Below are positions 53,382 through 64,000 of a DNA stretch of 64,000 nucleotides, in pieces; positions within the stretch are counted from its first letter, which is position 1, and each line of letters opens with the position of its first letter. Position numbers and translations under genes: made by a program. The stretch is taken from positions 5,694,448-5,758,447 of the forward strand of contig BDGG01000002.1 in the NCBI GenBank assembly GCA_001949185.1. Reading direction: 5' to 3'. Below the pieces are notes generated by a model. The model was not told the origin of the DNA. It made no database searches and saw nothing but the letters and a program-made list of their open reading frames with translations. The stretch comes from Ramazzottius varieornatus (taxonomy: Eukaryota > Animalia > Tardigrada).

Positions 53382-56164
53382 TCAGATCCGAGCCAAGTTC
53401 TGCATCAACTGTGGCGGTACAATGGCTTCCAGCTTTTCCACCAGGAAGTTCACTGGCATCGTGATATAGACGAGCATCTGCAGTAAAACGGACCAAACAA
53501 AATATCGTGAAATAATATTCGAGCACCAAGAACCGGAAGTAAGATTTCTATATAGCGAACAGCAAGATTTCTACCGTTCGCGCCAGTTGAGCCATGAATT
53601 CCGGGTAAGCGTGAGTGAGAACCGCCAACATCGCCATTACGCAACACAGTGCCGCCGTGAAGGTGATGAAGAAAGGAACTTCTTTTTGAGGATAGACGGA
53701 CAGCTCGTGAAAAGCCGGCAGCAGTTCTCGTTCGGCAGCCTCCATTCCGGCCGAGTATGGGTGGAAGTAATGCCCTTTTTCCAGTGGATACGGCAACGCC
53801 CGAAACGCTATGATACACAATCTTAAACTTTTGTCCCATCGTAGCTCGTAAGGCATACAAACTTGACACAGACAGCGAAAAGCAAACTTACTTCCTTCCC
53901 ATGTCATATGGAGTATCTTGAGAGCGCCTTCGATATCTTTCCAGTGATCGAGATTGAAGAATGAGTAGGCAATGGCTTCGCTGTCACCGCGTCGGACAAT
54001 GTGTTCAGGTGGCAGTATGAGAGACTTTTCCTCTAGTAAATACTGCAAAGAGACCCGCGTTACAACGCACAGTATACTGTATGTTAATCTGAGCAATTGA
54101 CCCAACGTACCTTGGGGACGTGTGGGTTGAATTCCACTGCTCGATGGATGGCTTCTATCGCACTCAATTCCACCTGGGAAGCCACATCGTTAGAAGAGTG
54201 ACAGGTCATCTCCACAGTATTGTATACGTCTTAGCAAAACAGGAAACAAAAAAAGCAAAAGCGTTATCACCAATAACAAGCCCGCTTTGCTGCTCACCGC
54301 AGAGATTCCGCGCTTTGAAACTAGGTCAGGAGAAAACCTACGAAAATTCTAACATTAGAATAGATAAAGTCTTCTGACTTAAATGGATGAAGCGTAAAGT
54401 AAGAATGCGAGCAGCGAAGCAGCAGCAATTCTCACCGTTCACCTACGCACCGACATTTGTGGCATTTAAGCAATGCCGCTGTATATACAATCGTTGCCGA
54501 TTTCGGGATGTTAACATCTGCGAACATCGAAAGACTTCAAAGATGATTTATAGGTTTTTCATGGCCGACACTAACCGTCGTATTTCGCCATAACTGCTTG
54601 GACGTCAGCATAAGCTTTCATCTCCAAAAGGCATTCAATGAGATTTTCCTGGATGTCCATTATCATGGGGAACTCTTTCAGCAACTGAAAGGTAAAGCAT
54701 ACTCAGCACAGCCTACATTCACAGCATTTTTTCGATTTCTCTTCCAGTTACAGTAGACTTTGCAGTCAGAAGCTCTCACATCTTTCATGATCTTGACGGC
54801 CTCCTTGAACTTGCGAAGCTTCCGGAAGCACATCGCCAGTCGGCGTCTCACATAAAACGATATTTCCATTTCTCGAGCTATAAACCAACGACATTGCTTG
54901 TACTTCTACCATGGATGTGCGGGGAGCTAGGGAAGAACTCACCGTGCGAGTCCTCGTCGTAAGTTACGAGTCCGCTTCTTCGTCTAGCTAACGAGTTCTC
55001 CAGCACGCGTAAGGCATCCCGGAACCTGCTTTCCGTTTCGATAATCATGGACGTCCCTTCTTCACCCAACAATACTAAAGCCGGAACACAACTGAAAGCA
55101 CAAGCAGTCACACGCCGTCATCATATCACGCCATAAGTAGTTCGTATTCTAACATTAGAATTCACCCCGCCCTTCGTCTCACTTACTCCGGATTCTTTTG
55201 CAGCAGTTCTTCCGCAATGGAAACTCGCAGCAAAGGGTCCCTTTCTCTCCACGCACGTTGCATTGCTAGAGCAAGCTCGTATTAGTGCGAACGAAACTTG
55301 CCAACGATCTGAACTTACTGTCAAACTCGTCTTTCGTCGCGTAGACCTCAACCGGAAATAAGTTCTGATGTTCTTGAGCAGACAAGTTCATGTCGTAGAA
55401 CGTAAGCGGCTCCTTTCCTACATAATAGCAAAATCCCAAAATTCTGACAATAAACGACGGCGGTGTTAAGGCTCAGGAGATCTTGTTTCAAATCTTCCCC
55501 ACCAGAAAGGACAAAATAGCAGGGTGACAATCAACTAACCTCTGAATTTCAAAAATCTGCTGTACTCCGGACCGCGAAAAAGTTTGTACGGGTTTTCCGA
55601 CACTTGCACTTCTGCAAATCCCGTAGATTTCTGTGAGAAAGCTTGGACGGGGGAAATGCGGGACAGTGTGAACCTGCGTGAGCGTTTGACCTACCTTGCT
55701 GAGGTCCACTTCCGGTGGAGGACGTCTCGCTGTCAGTACCGTTAGCCGTGCCATTTCCTCCAAACCAAGGGGTGAGATGCGTTATAGACAGCTGCTCCAA
55801 GAACGATATGCCGTACTTCTTGTAGTACCACCATTCGAAAATCTGCAACAGGAACAAATGCAACAGGCACGCGACAAAGCCGCTAACTTGCACATTGGCA
55901 TTAGGCCAAAAAGACGTTGAGCACGCCAACCACAGTACATTAAGCTGTTCTTACCAGAATCAATCCGGACACCAACGATGACGTCCCTGTTAAAGCGACA
56001 TAGAACTTCGGCGTGAGCGAGTTCATGAACAAGGTAGCTAGGAACAAACAAGGACTGTTAGACGAAGTGCAGTGCAAGTACAGCCATGTAACAAAGAGAC
56101 CATTGTTCCAGTCATAACAGAAACAATTGCTCTTCTTCCACTTACAGAATATAAGGTTGAACAT
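53382..56164 (-). CDS. ST7: Suppressor of tumorigenicity 7 family protein
   Basis: [21 protein letters not shown]|[61 protein letters not shown]; ends ...QNLARI*. Confidence 0.95.
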
Positions 56165-56662
56165 CTTCAGGTTTGCTGTTGTGGAAGATGATCTTGATCG
56201 TAGAGCGGGAGAATCACACCAGTTGAAGTCCTACCATTCCTAGTGTACTAATTATGAAACAACACAATCTCTCCTGGATCTGGATCCCGAATGATCTTCG
56301 CGCTATCCGACTCTGACCTGACTAAACTACCATTGTATGACGTCAGATCATTCACGTACTTCATTCTTGCGATGCTGTTCAAATTCGATACCGTCGAGGC
56401 TGCCATGAACCGCGGAAATCAGTCCAAACAAGCAAATCAATTAGGTATTCTGATGGTCCAGCAACCCAGACATTGCGAAATGAGATTGCTGAAGGCCGGT
56501 TATTGTGTGTCTCGGAGCGGTTTGACAGCTTCTTACAGGGCGTCTCCAGCCTCCAGGCTCCAGTACGTATCATTCCCACTCCGATCGCGACATCACTGTC
56601 CTGGAAGAAATTCTGGAAGCTGAATGTTGGATCGTCAACTTGTGCTCTGCCTAACTAGAAAG

Positions 56663-57820
56663 ATGGCCATGTTGGATTACTTCTTCCTAATGTTCGCAGC
56701 TTTGCTGTGGAACGGCGCTCAGGGAATCACATTCAAGGTGAGAATCCCGTGATTGCATTCTACGTCTTAATAGTTCTTCGCTACGCATTACCTCACCGTG
56801 TAGTTGATTGTTCTGTTTATAGAGCCTCTCGGAGGCCCAAGAGGAGTTTCTGGTACGGCAGTTGAGACGAGTGACTACAGATGGCGATGAGAGTCGGGGT
56901 ACCGTCACTCTGGAGAAAGGAATATTCGGCAATGAGACCATTGTTTTGGATGAACCAGATTGCTTCAGGATGGAGACAACGGGGATGTATGTTACCGCTC
57001 AGAATCCGACGAGCTCTACCAAAACTCTTCACGAAGTCCTTCCAGTCAACCCAACGCTACAAGCAACATGCGAGGGAACACGCGGAAATGGAACCGTCAG
57101 GTAGGTCGATTATCCTTTGAGTTCTTAGCGTCATGTGACTGCTTGAACTAAGATTGTTTTTCTTGTATCTGCAGTGTGACTATTGACTTTCCTGCTACTA
57201 CGGGAGGCAACTCGAGCATCAGAGTGGCGACAGTCCAGTACATCTCGAATGTCACCTTGTCTTGAATTAAGAACAGCACAAAAATTAAAGCTGTTTGTTC
57301 CTTGTTTGCAGTATGACCATCGAATCGCACCAGTTCCAGTGGATGGTCACGAACCTGACAATGACTCTTCACTTCGCTTCAACCAATAACAACACCGAAT
57401 GTGACATGGTTCCTCTGGAGAATCGTCTGTGGGCCACACCGGGAAACTCTTATTACTGTCCCGACCAGTACCGATATCCGTTCCAGACGCTTGGTTCGCG
57501 CTCCGAAACGTCGTGCCCCTTGCATCTGTCACTGTTCGTCGAAAACCTAATTGTAAGTCATCATTTCGAATATTTTATTAACAAACTAGAACGCATAATA
57601 TGTGTTTTTACAGATGGAGCCTTTCTACCAGAACGGCACCTTTAGCGAGGTGGAGTCGTGTGAGTATGCCTTCACCACTCCATTGTGGATGGCCGTCGCT
57701 ACAGCCCTCATTATGGGAGTTATTCTTTTCCTGGGCATTTCGATGCTGGCCAGCATCAAAACGATGGACAGATTTGACGACCCGAAGACTTCGAAACTGT
57801 TGTCTGTTCCCAACGAATAA
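56663..57820 (+). CDS. ATP6AP1: V-ATPase accessory subunit S1 (Ac45/ATP6AP1)-like, short form
   Basis: Signal peptide MAMLDYFFLMFAALLWNGAQG, luminal domain with SYYC, C-terminal C..AFTTPLWMA..TM..IKTMDRFDDPK signature. Confidence 0.82.
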
Positions 57821-58655
57821 ATAATCGCATGCTACGTTTCTCGATTTTTGACATTCCAGCGTTCGATTGTCTTGCAGCTTTGATCGCTATAGTCCGCAAA
57901 CGGACGTTTCATGAGTTTTGATGTTGTGTGGTACTTATCAGCCAAACGTCTGTCTCGATTTTGCTTGGCGGAGTATCTTTCCTTTTTAGGTTGTACAGTG
58001 GTACAGTACATTATTCGTTTTACTTCGCGGTACTCGACAGCTTTCCTTATCACGATGTTCTTAGTCGTCGTTTTATGAGATAATCGTGTTCTTCAGTCTA
58101 TTTTGTCACCTGTGATACAATAAATTATTAAAGACCCGGTCTACTTCGGCTGTAAGGCTGTGCGCGTTATGTGCGGCGGAAGCAGCTGCTGGACGTCGGT
58201 TAGGTTCTTGGGCTCCTGGATTCGCGGTCCTCGACGTTGCAGATTGAAATTAATCGCACAATAGCATCAATCGTTCAATCAAACATCGCTGAAGTATGCG
58301 GATATATCTGGCACAGTTATTGCGCATGGCTCGGGAAAAGTCGCAAACTCGAATATGTCACTTTGCTATTGTAATCAGGAATTGAGTACTGATTCTCTTC
58401 CTGGTTTTCTTGGTGGATGATTGCCCTAATAAACGTAATCTTCTCTTTGCTTTTACAGATCACTGAACGCGAGATCCTGGAATCAGACAACGTATCTGCA
58501 TACTATGGGAACGTTAGCGTAACAGTGCGAGGAACGCTGGATTTGTCCCTTTGCCTACCGGAAGTCCTCCTGACGGAATAACTGTAATACTGTATTCACT
58601 AGAACCGCTGCCTCCTGAGGATATACAAGACGTCAAGAGACTCTCGCCACCGACG

Positions 58656-60481
58656 ATGCACACTCTGCGACTACAGTGTACTCGGCCTTGCCGAATGATC
58701 GTGCAGAGGACCGCGTCAGTCTGGGAAGCTGATGCGTTTCCTGACTGTAGTCGCCGGTGCTTTTCCACACAAGATGCTGCTCCTCGACTGCGCTTCGCTC
58801 CCAGCCCAACTGGATTTCTGCATCTCGGTGGACTTCGTACAGCCCTGTACAACTACCTGTTTTGCAAGCAAACCGGTGGAACATTCGTTTTGCGTATCGA
58901 AGATACCGATCAGGCGCGAGTTGTTCCAGGTGCGACAGAATTTACGTCTCGTATTATGCGATCCTTACACACGGTGCATAACACAGTGAACAAACGCGTG
59001 TTACAGGTGCTGTGGAAAACATGTTTGAATCGCTATCTTGGTTGGGAATCGATCCCGATGAAGATGTCCGTCGAGGTGGGCGCTTCGGACCGTACGTGCA
59101 GTCGGAACGGCTGAAACTGTATCAGGAACAAGTGGAGGTCCTTCTCGAAGTATGTAATCAGCATCCCAATTCTTATTTTTCCAGACAACGAGGACGGACG
59201 GACGGACGGACGCGCAGATTGTTAACTAACCGCTATACTTTTAGACTCAAACGGCGTATCGATGCTTCTGTTCGCCACTTCGCCTGGAACTCATGAGAAA
59301 AGAAGCCATCAAAAGCAGTCAAGTCCCTCGATACGACAATCGATGCCGGAAATTGTCGTTCGAGGAAGCGGAGAAAAGACACGAAGCCGGAGAACCTTCA
59401 GTGATCAGACTGAAGCTAGACTCCCGTTTGTATCAGTACACGGACGCAGTGTATGGTCCGGTGTCTTGTGGTACCGACCAGGAAGGCGACTTGGTTCTTC
59501 TGAAAGGCGATGGTTTCCCGACTTACCATCTGGCAAACGTGGTTGACGATCACTTCATGGAGATAACACATGTTCTCCGTGGTGTCGAATGGCAAATCTC
59601 CACGCCGAAACATCTGAGACTGTATGAGGCGTTTGGGTGGACACCGCCAGTGTTTGCTCATCTTCCATTACTCATGAACACCGATGGATCGAAGTTATCG
59701 AAGCGTCATGGGGCACTTGATATACTTCAGTACAGGGAGAAAGGGATCTACCCCGAAGCGCTTATCAACATGCTGGTACAAGCTGGTGGCGGATTCCGGA
59801 ACTTGAATGTGGCTCAAACGAACAAACTTTTCCGGATGGAAGAACTCATCGAAAAATTCGACCTCTCACTGGTAAGATGGTTCTTTTCGCCATCTTCAGC
59901 AGCGTAATATCTCTTCTTACTTTCAGGTTAACAAAAATTCTTGTCAGATCGCTTTCGACAAGTTGCCCGACTTCAATAAGGAAGTGCTTCGATCAAAGAT
60001 GAAAACTCCCTCTGAACTGGCTGGTCTAGTTCGCGAAGTGCAGACGTTGGTTTCGTCAAAGTATGGTAAACAACTCGATCCGCTCGTTGCGGAAAATATT
60101 CTCACATGGTCGAAAGGAAGAATATCCACGCTGCAGGACCTCCTTGCTCCCGACATGGAGTTTGTATGGATCAGACCTGCGAATGACGTACTGTCGATTT
60201 CGAAACTTGGCGGCGACGTTGTCCAGTTAGTGATAGATTCTTTCCTCGATATTCCAACAAGCGATTTCAACTCTAGTAATGTTCCAAAACTCCTACGTGA
60301 GATGGCAGAAGAAAATAATTTGAAATTCAAAGAATTGATGCATACCTTACGTCTAGCTTTGTGTGGTACCACCCAAGGACCCAGTATAGGTGAAGTGGTT
60401 GAAATTCTCGGAAAAGACGAATGTTTATACAGACTGCAGAATATTACGGCGGAAAAACAGAATAAAGCTCGAAGTCCGTGA
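58656..60481 (+). CDS. EARS2: Mitochondrial glutamyl-tRNA synthetase
   Basis: Transit-like N-terminus, [24 protein letters not shown] (HIGH-type), [29 protein letters not shown]. Confidence 0.95.
59192..59212. repeat. (GGAC)n microsatellite in an EARS2 intron
   Basis: ggacggacggacggacggacg. Confidence 0.85.
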
Positions 60482-60762
60482 ACTGTTTCCTCATTTCGCA
60501 GTTTATTGCGGGCCCAACCATATCTTGCGTGAATACCCATTAACAAGTCAAAATTACGAACAAAAAAGTGCGTGTTTCAGTGAAGCAACAACAAAGCACA
60601 GAAGCGAAGTCGATGGAAAGAAAATCTGATTCCTTGCGACCATTCAGTTACTATAACACACTGATAAAGAGAATGCAGAGTAACGTATTCATGTTGGTCA
60701 AGGGACGAGATATTCCTCGAACTTCCACGTTCAGGTATAAATACGAAAGATTCTACACTTCA

Positions 60763-62662
60763 CTACTTGCGCTCGATGTAGAGTGAAAGGTCGAGTTCGT
60801 CAGGCAATTCAGGGACGCTGATGTCGAAGCGATCTTGTACTTGGTTCATTACCTTGGAGTCCGCGTCGTCGCTGACGAATGTGATGGCCAATCCTTTCGT
60901 TCCGAAGCGTCCAGCTCGTGCTACGCGGTGAAGGTAGGTGTCCGAGTCGATGGGCGCATCGTAGTTGACCACGATGTTGACGCGTTCGATATCCATTCCT
61001 ACGAAACAGACCATACTTCAGTATACAAAGAAAAATCCCGTCTGGCAATTTCACTAGTGAGACCTTACCTCGGCCGAACAAATCAGTAGCCACCAAAAGA
61101 CGTTTCTCGAAGTTCTTGAACTGCTGGTACTTGCTGAGCCGTTCCTCCTGGGTCATAGCACTGTGGATGGCGATGGCTGGAAAGTTCTGTTCAACCAAAA
61201 GCTGGCTCAACCCCATGCAGCGCTGAACCGACTTGGTGAAGATGATTCTGTAGTATGAGACAGTCTAGCACTCAATGATAAAACGAGTGTAATGATCACT
61301 GAGAACCTACACTTGGTTGAACTCCAGAAGATCGAGCAGCTCGAACAGGCGCTTGCTCTTCTCGCTTTCCTTGAGCTTCAGGTAATGCTGCTGAAGACCG
61401 TGGAGCGTCAGCTTCGTATCGTCGTCCACCATTACTTCTAATGGATCCTATGTCGAAACGAATAGGGAGTCCAAACACAGTTCATTTCCATCTTCAGGCT
61501 ACCAACGGTAAGTCACCAACGCTGAAGTCGAACTCCTTACCTGCATGAACTTTCGGCAGACCGGTCGAATATCCTTCGGTAAAGTGGCGCTAAACATCAT
61601 AACCTGTTTCTCCCTGGGCGTCAGCTTGAAGATCTCCTGGACATCTTTACGCATATCCAGTTGTCCCAAGACCTTGTCGCACTCGTCGAGAACGAAGTGC
61701 TTGACCTGTTTCACAGCGTATGTATATAAGCACACGATACACGCACAGGAAGATAAAGAGTTACTAACCTGTCCCAAGCTCAACGCCTTGTCCCGTACTA
61801 ACGCCAAGATTCGGCCAGGAGTGCCCACAACGATGTGCGGATACGCCTTCTTGATGACGTCCTTGTCGGTGAGGATGGGCATACCACCGAAGAACACTCC
61901 CAGCTTGACCGTCTTCATGTACTTCTTGAAGCGCTCGAATTCCTTGGCTATTTGGAACCTGAAAACACAAACAGCCTGTTAGAGAACAGCCAGAATCGCC
62001 ACCGGGCACGGCCATGTTATTCACAAAGTCAGATAGACCTACGCCAACTCTCTCGTATGGCAGATCACCAAGACCGAGGTTTGTCCATCCACGGGATCGA
62101 GCTGCTGGAGTGTCGACAGGACGAAAACAGCTGCGAGCAAGACTTAATTAGGATGAGTTTCGACCGAACGGAAAAGGGATGAGTGTCGAAGAAAGCTATA
62201 GACATACCTGTCTTTCCCATCCCAGACTTTGCCTGGCACAACACATCCATACCCAAGTTGGCTTGCGGAATGCACTCATGCTGGACCTCTGTAAATAGAA
62301 ACGAAAACTTCATCTCAAGGAGAATTCATCTGTTCTATTATGCCCCTTATGGAAAAGTAACTATAGGAAATTAATTAACTGATTGACAATTATTATTTTA
62401 GAAATCATTATAAGCCTCATATAAGGTAAGTATGCTCACCAGAAGGATGTTCGAAGCCCGCATCGAAGATGGCCTTTAGAAGTTCCGGCTTCAGGAGGAA
62501 ATCCTTGAATCCAGACGAGTGGATGGAGACGTAACCTTGAGCTGGTCTCACGGCGCTCTTCTTAGCAGTGGCGTCCATTTCAACATCTTCGGTATGCGCT
62601 TCGGTGTCATTCTCCTCCGTTTCAAGTTCATAATCTAACAGTTCCTCTTGGTCGTTGGCCAT
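60763..62662 (-). CDS. DDX39B: DECD-box RNA helicase UAP56/DDX39B
   Basis: [71 protein letters not shown]. Confidence 0.97.
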
Positions 62663-63652
62663 GGCTGCCTTGTTCCTGCAGCAGAAAACAGAACGATATC
62701 CTCAGCTGTTGTTGACAGTCCCATCGTTTCGTGAGGTAGGCACGGCCACGCGGACGCGGTCAGTCCGTAGGAACGCTGATGTTAACGTCCATTTTGACTT
62801 CGCCCCATGAGTCCACCACCAAACTCTCTTCATCGTTAGCTTACCAGTGAAACGTCCGATTCTAGTTACAACAAACGTCTGGAGTCGACAACAGAAGCTC
62901 AGCTCGACCGATCTCGAAACAAGATGGCAGAAAACTCAAGAACTCAGATTTCACTCATTTTAGGAACAAAATGATGTCACTGAATCACTGCAGTTCTGAC
63001 TTCTTGGCCCCTACAACCCCGGGCAAGCCCTCGAGGTTCCCCGTGCCCTGGGACCGAAAAACAGATCAACGGAAATGGAAAATTGCGAAAATCCAAAATC
63101 GTACTTATAATTCTCTTCCCGGGATCACAGCTATAAAAACGAAGTCTTCCTGAAAACCTTTCTATATGACATTGTGTTGTCACAAAGATTCGTGTGGTGG
63201 GAGGAAGGATTTACGGAGTCGTCGATGGCTGTAGTCGGTTGACCGGAGCCGCGCTTGAACTGACGATCTCAGCGCACACATGGTACGCATTGCGATCATT
63301 TTACTTGACGTTCCTAGTTCCTCAAGCGCTGTTTTGCAGTTTATGTAGATGATGCGAGTGCGGGTTCGCTCTACTGATTTGGTGCATGGAGGCATTAACG
63401 TCGCGGTATCACCAGAGCGTGAGAGGCATGAAGTGATACTTTGTGATCTGTTGCGCACTGTTGACCACTTCCGGCGGACACTCTTAGCCATCAGGCCAGA
63501 TTCCGTGTGCTGACGGTACGCGCACTGCAATTCCGCGCTTTCAGTAAGTTCTGGTACGTGGAAATCGTTTGGTATATTTTTATGAAGCTGTATTGTTAGA
63601 TTTAGACTGCCATTACAGAGGTTGGTCTGGTCCGCAAATCGCGTCTAATCTG

Positions 63653-64000
63653 ATGGACTCTGAAGTCTCTCAAACCAGCAATCTGAATGCGTTTTTCGTA
63701 TCTTCTTTACTGGTAAGATGTAAAGTGGATCTACAGCGTACTATCGAGAATTTGAGATACTCTTGTCATCACGCATGTGTTGCTTTTGCGGTATGATGCC
63801 CACTTGCGAAGAATCTTACTTCTTTTTTTTGCATGTAGGCTGGTGCTGCGGCGGGTGTCGCGGTAGACCTAACTTTATTCCCTCTCGATACCGTGAAAAC
63901 CAGACTTCAAAGTCAACTTGGCTTCTGGAAAGCTGGAGGGTTTAGCAAACTGTATGCAGGAATCGGTTCTACATTGCTGGGTTCGGCACCCACCGGTAAG
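63653..64000 (+). CDS. SLC25A26: Mitochondrial S-adenosylmethionine carrier (5' part only)
   Basis: [20 protein letters not shown]|[52 protein letters not shown]: carrier PxDxxKxR motif plus the SAMC-typical GFWKAGGF. Confidence 0.9.

Noticed and set aside
58656-60481. Bacterial-like GluRS as horizontal transfer or contamination
   Set aside because: Has spliceosomal introns and a transit-like N-terminus; ordinary nuclear-encoded mitochondrial EARS2.
59944-60546. 200-aa minus-strand ORF
   Set aside because: Antisense to the last EARS2 exon; no recognisable motif.
62970-63000. ATGATG...CTGA as a C/D-box snoRNA near UAP56
   Set aside because: Only ~30 nt between boxes, imperfect C box, and on the strand opposite to UAP56.

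Overview
Eukaryotic (animal) nuclear DNA, very gene-dense: about 21 spliced protein-coding genes in 64 kb, mostly 55-110 nt GT-AG introns, balanced GC, one 50-N assembly gap at 6661-6710. This architecture resembles a compact invertebrate genome such as a tardigrade (inference only). Genes were rebuilt by eye from exons. In order: NOL9 (partial), SLC16/MCT transporter, a ~410 bp MITE, RD3-like, SEC14L1/real-time, HSP90B1, CRELD, F-box/LRR, AASS, stand-alone nitrobindin, LDB/Chip, an Fcp3C-like secreted protein, INPP5A, BCAP31, an orphan Gly-rich secreted protein, an orphan with a Brinker/CENP-B-like HTH, FIGNL1-like AAA ATPase, ST7, a short ATP6AP1/Ac45-like gene, EARS2, UAP56/DDX39B and SLC25A26 (partial). 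I found no prokaryote-type system (CRISPR, operon, defence island). Best leads: a GRP94-CRELD head-to-head pair with XBP1/ATF6-type boxes, where CRELD can splice to membrane or luminal (RTDL) forms; an apparent TT-AG intron in AASS; a hairpin-dense unexplained segment at ~2140-2510; and several orphan or unexpected proteins. CDS coordinates span start to stop including introns; some start codons are best guesses.
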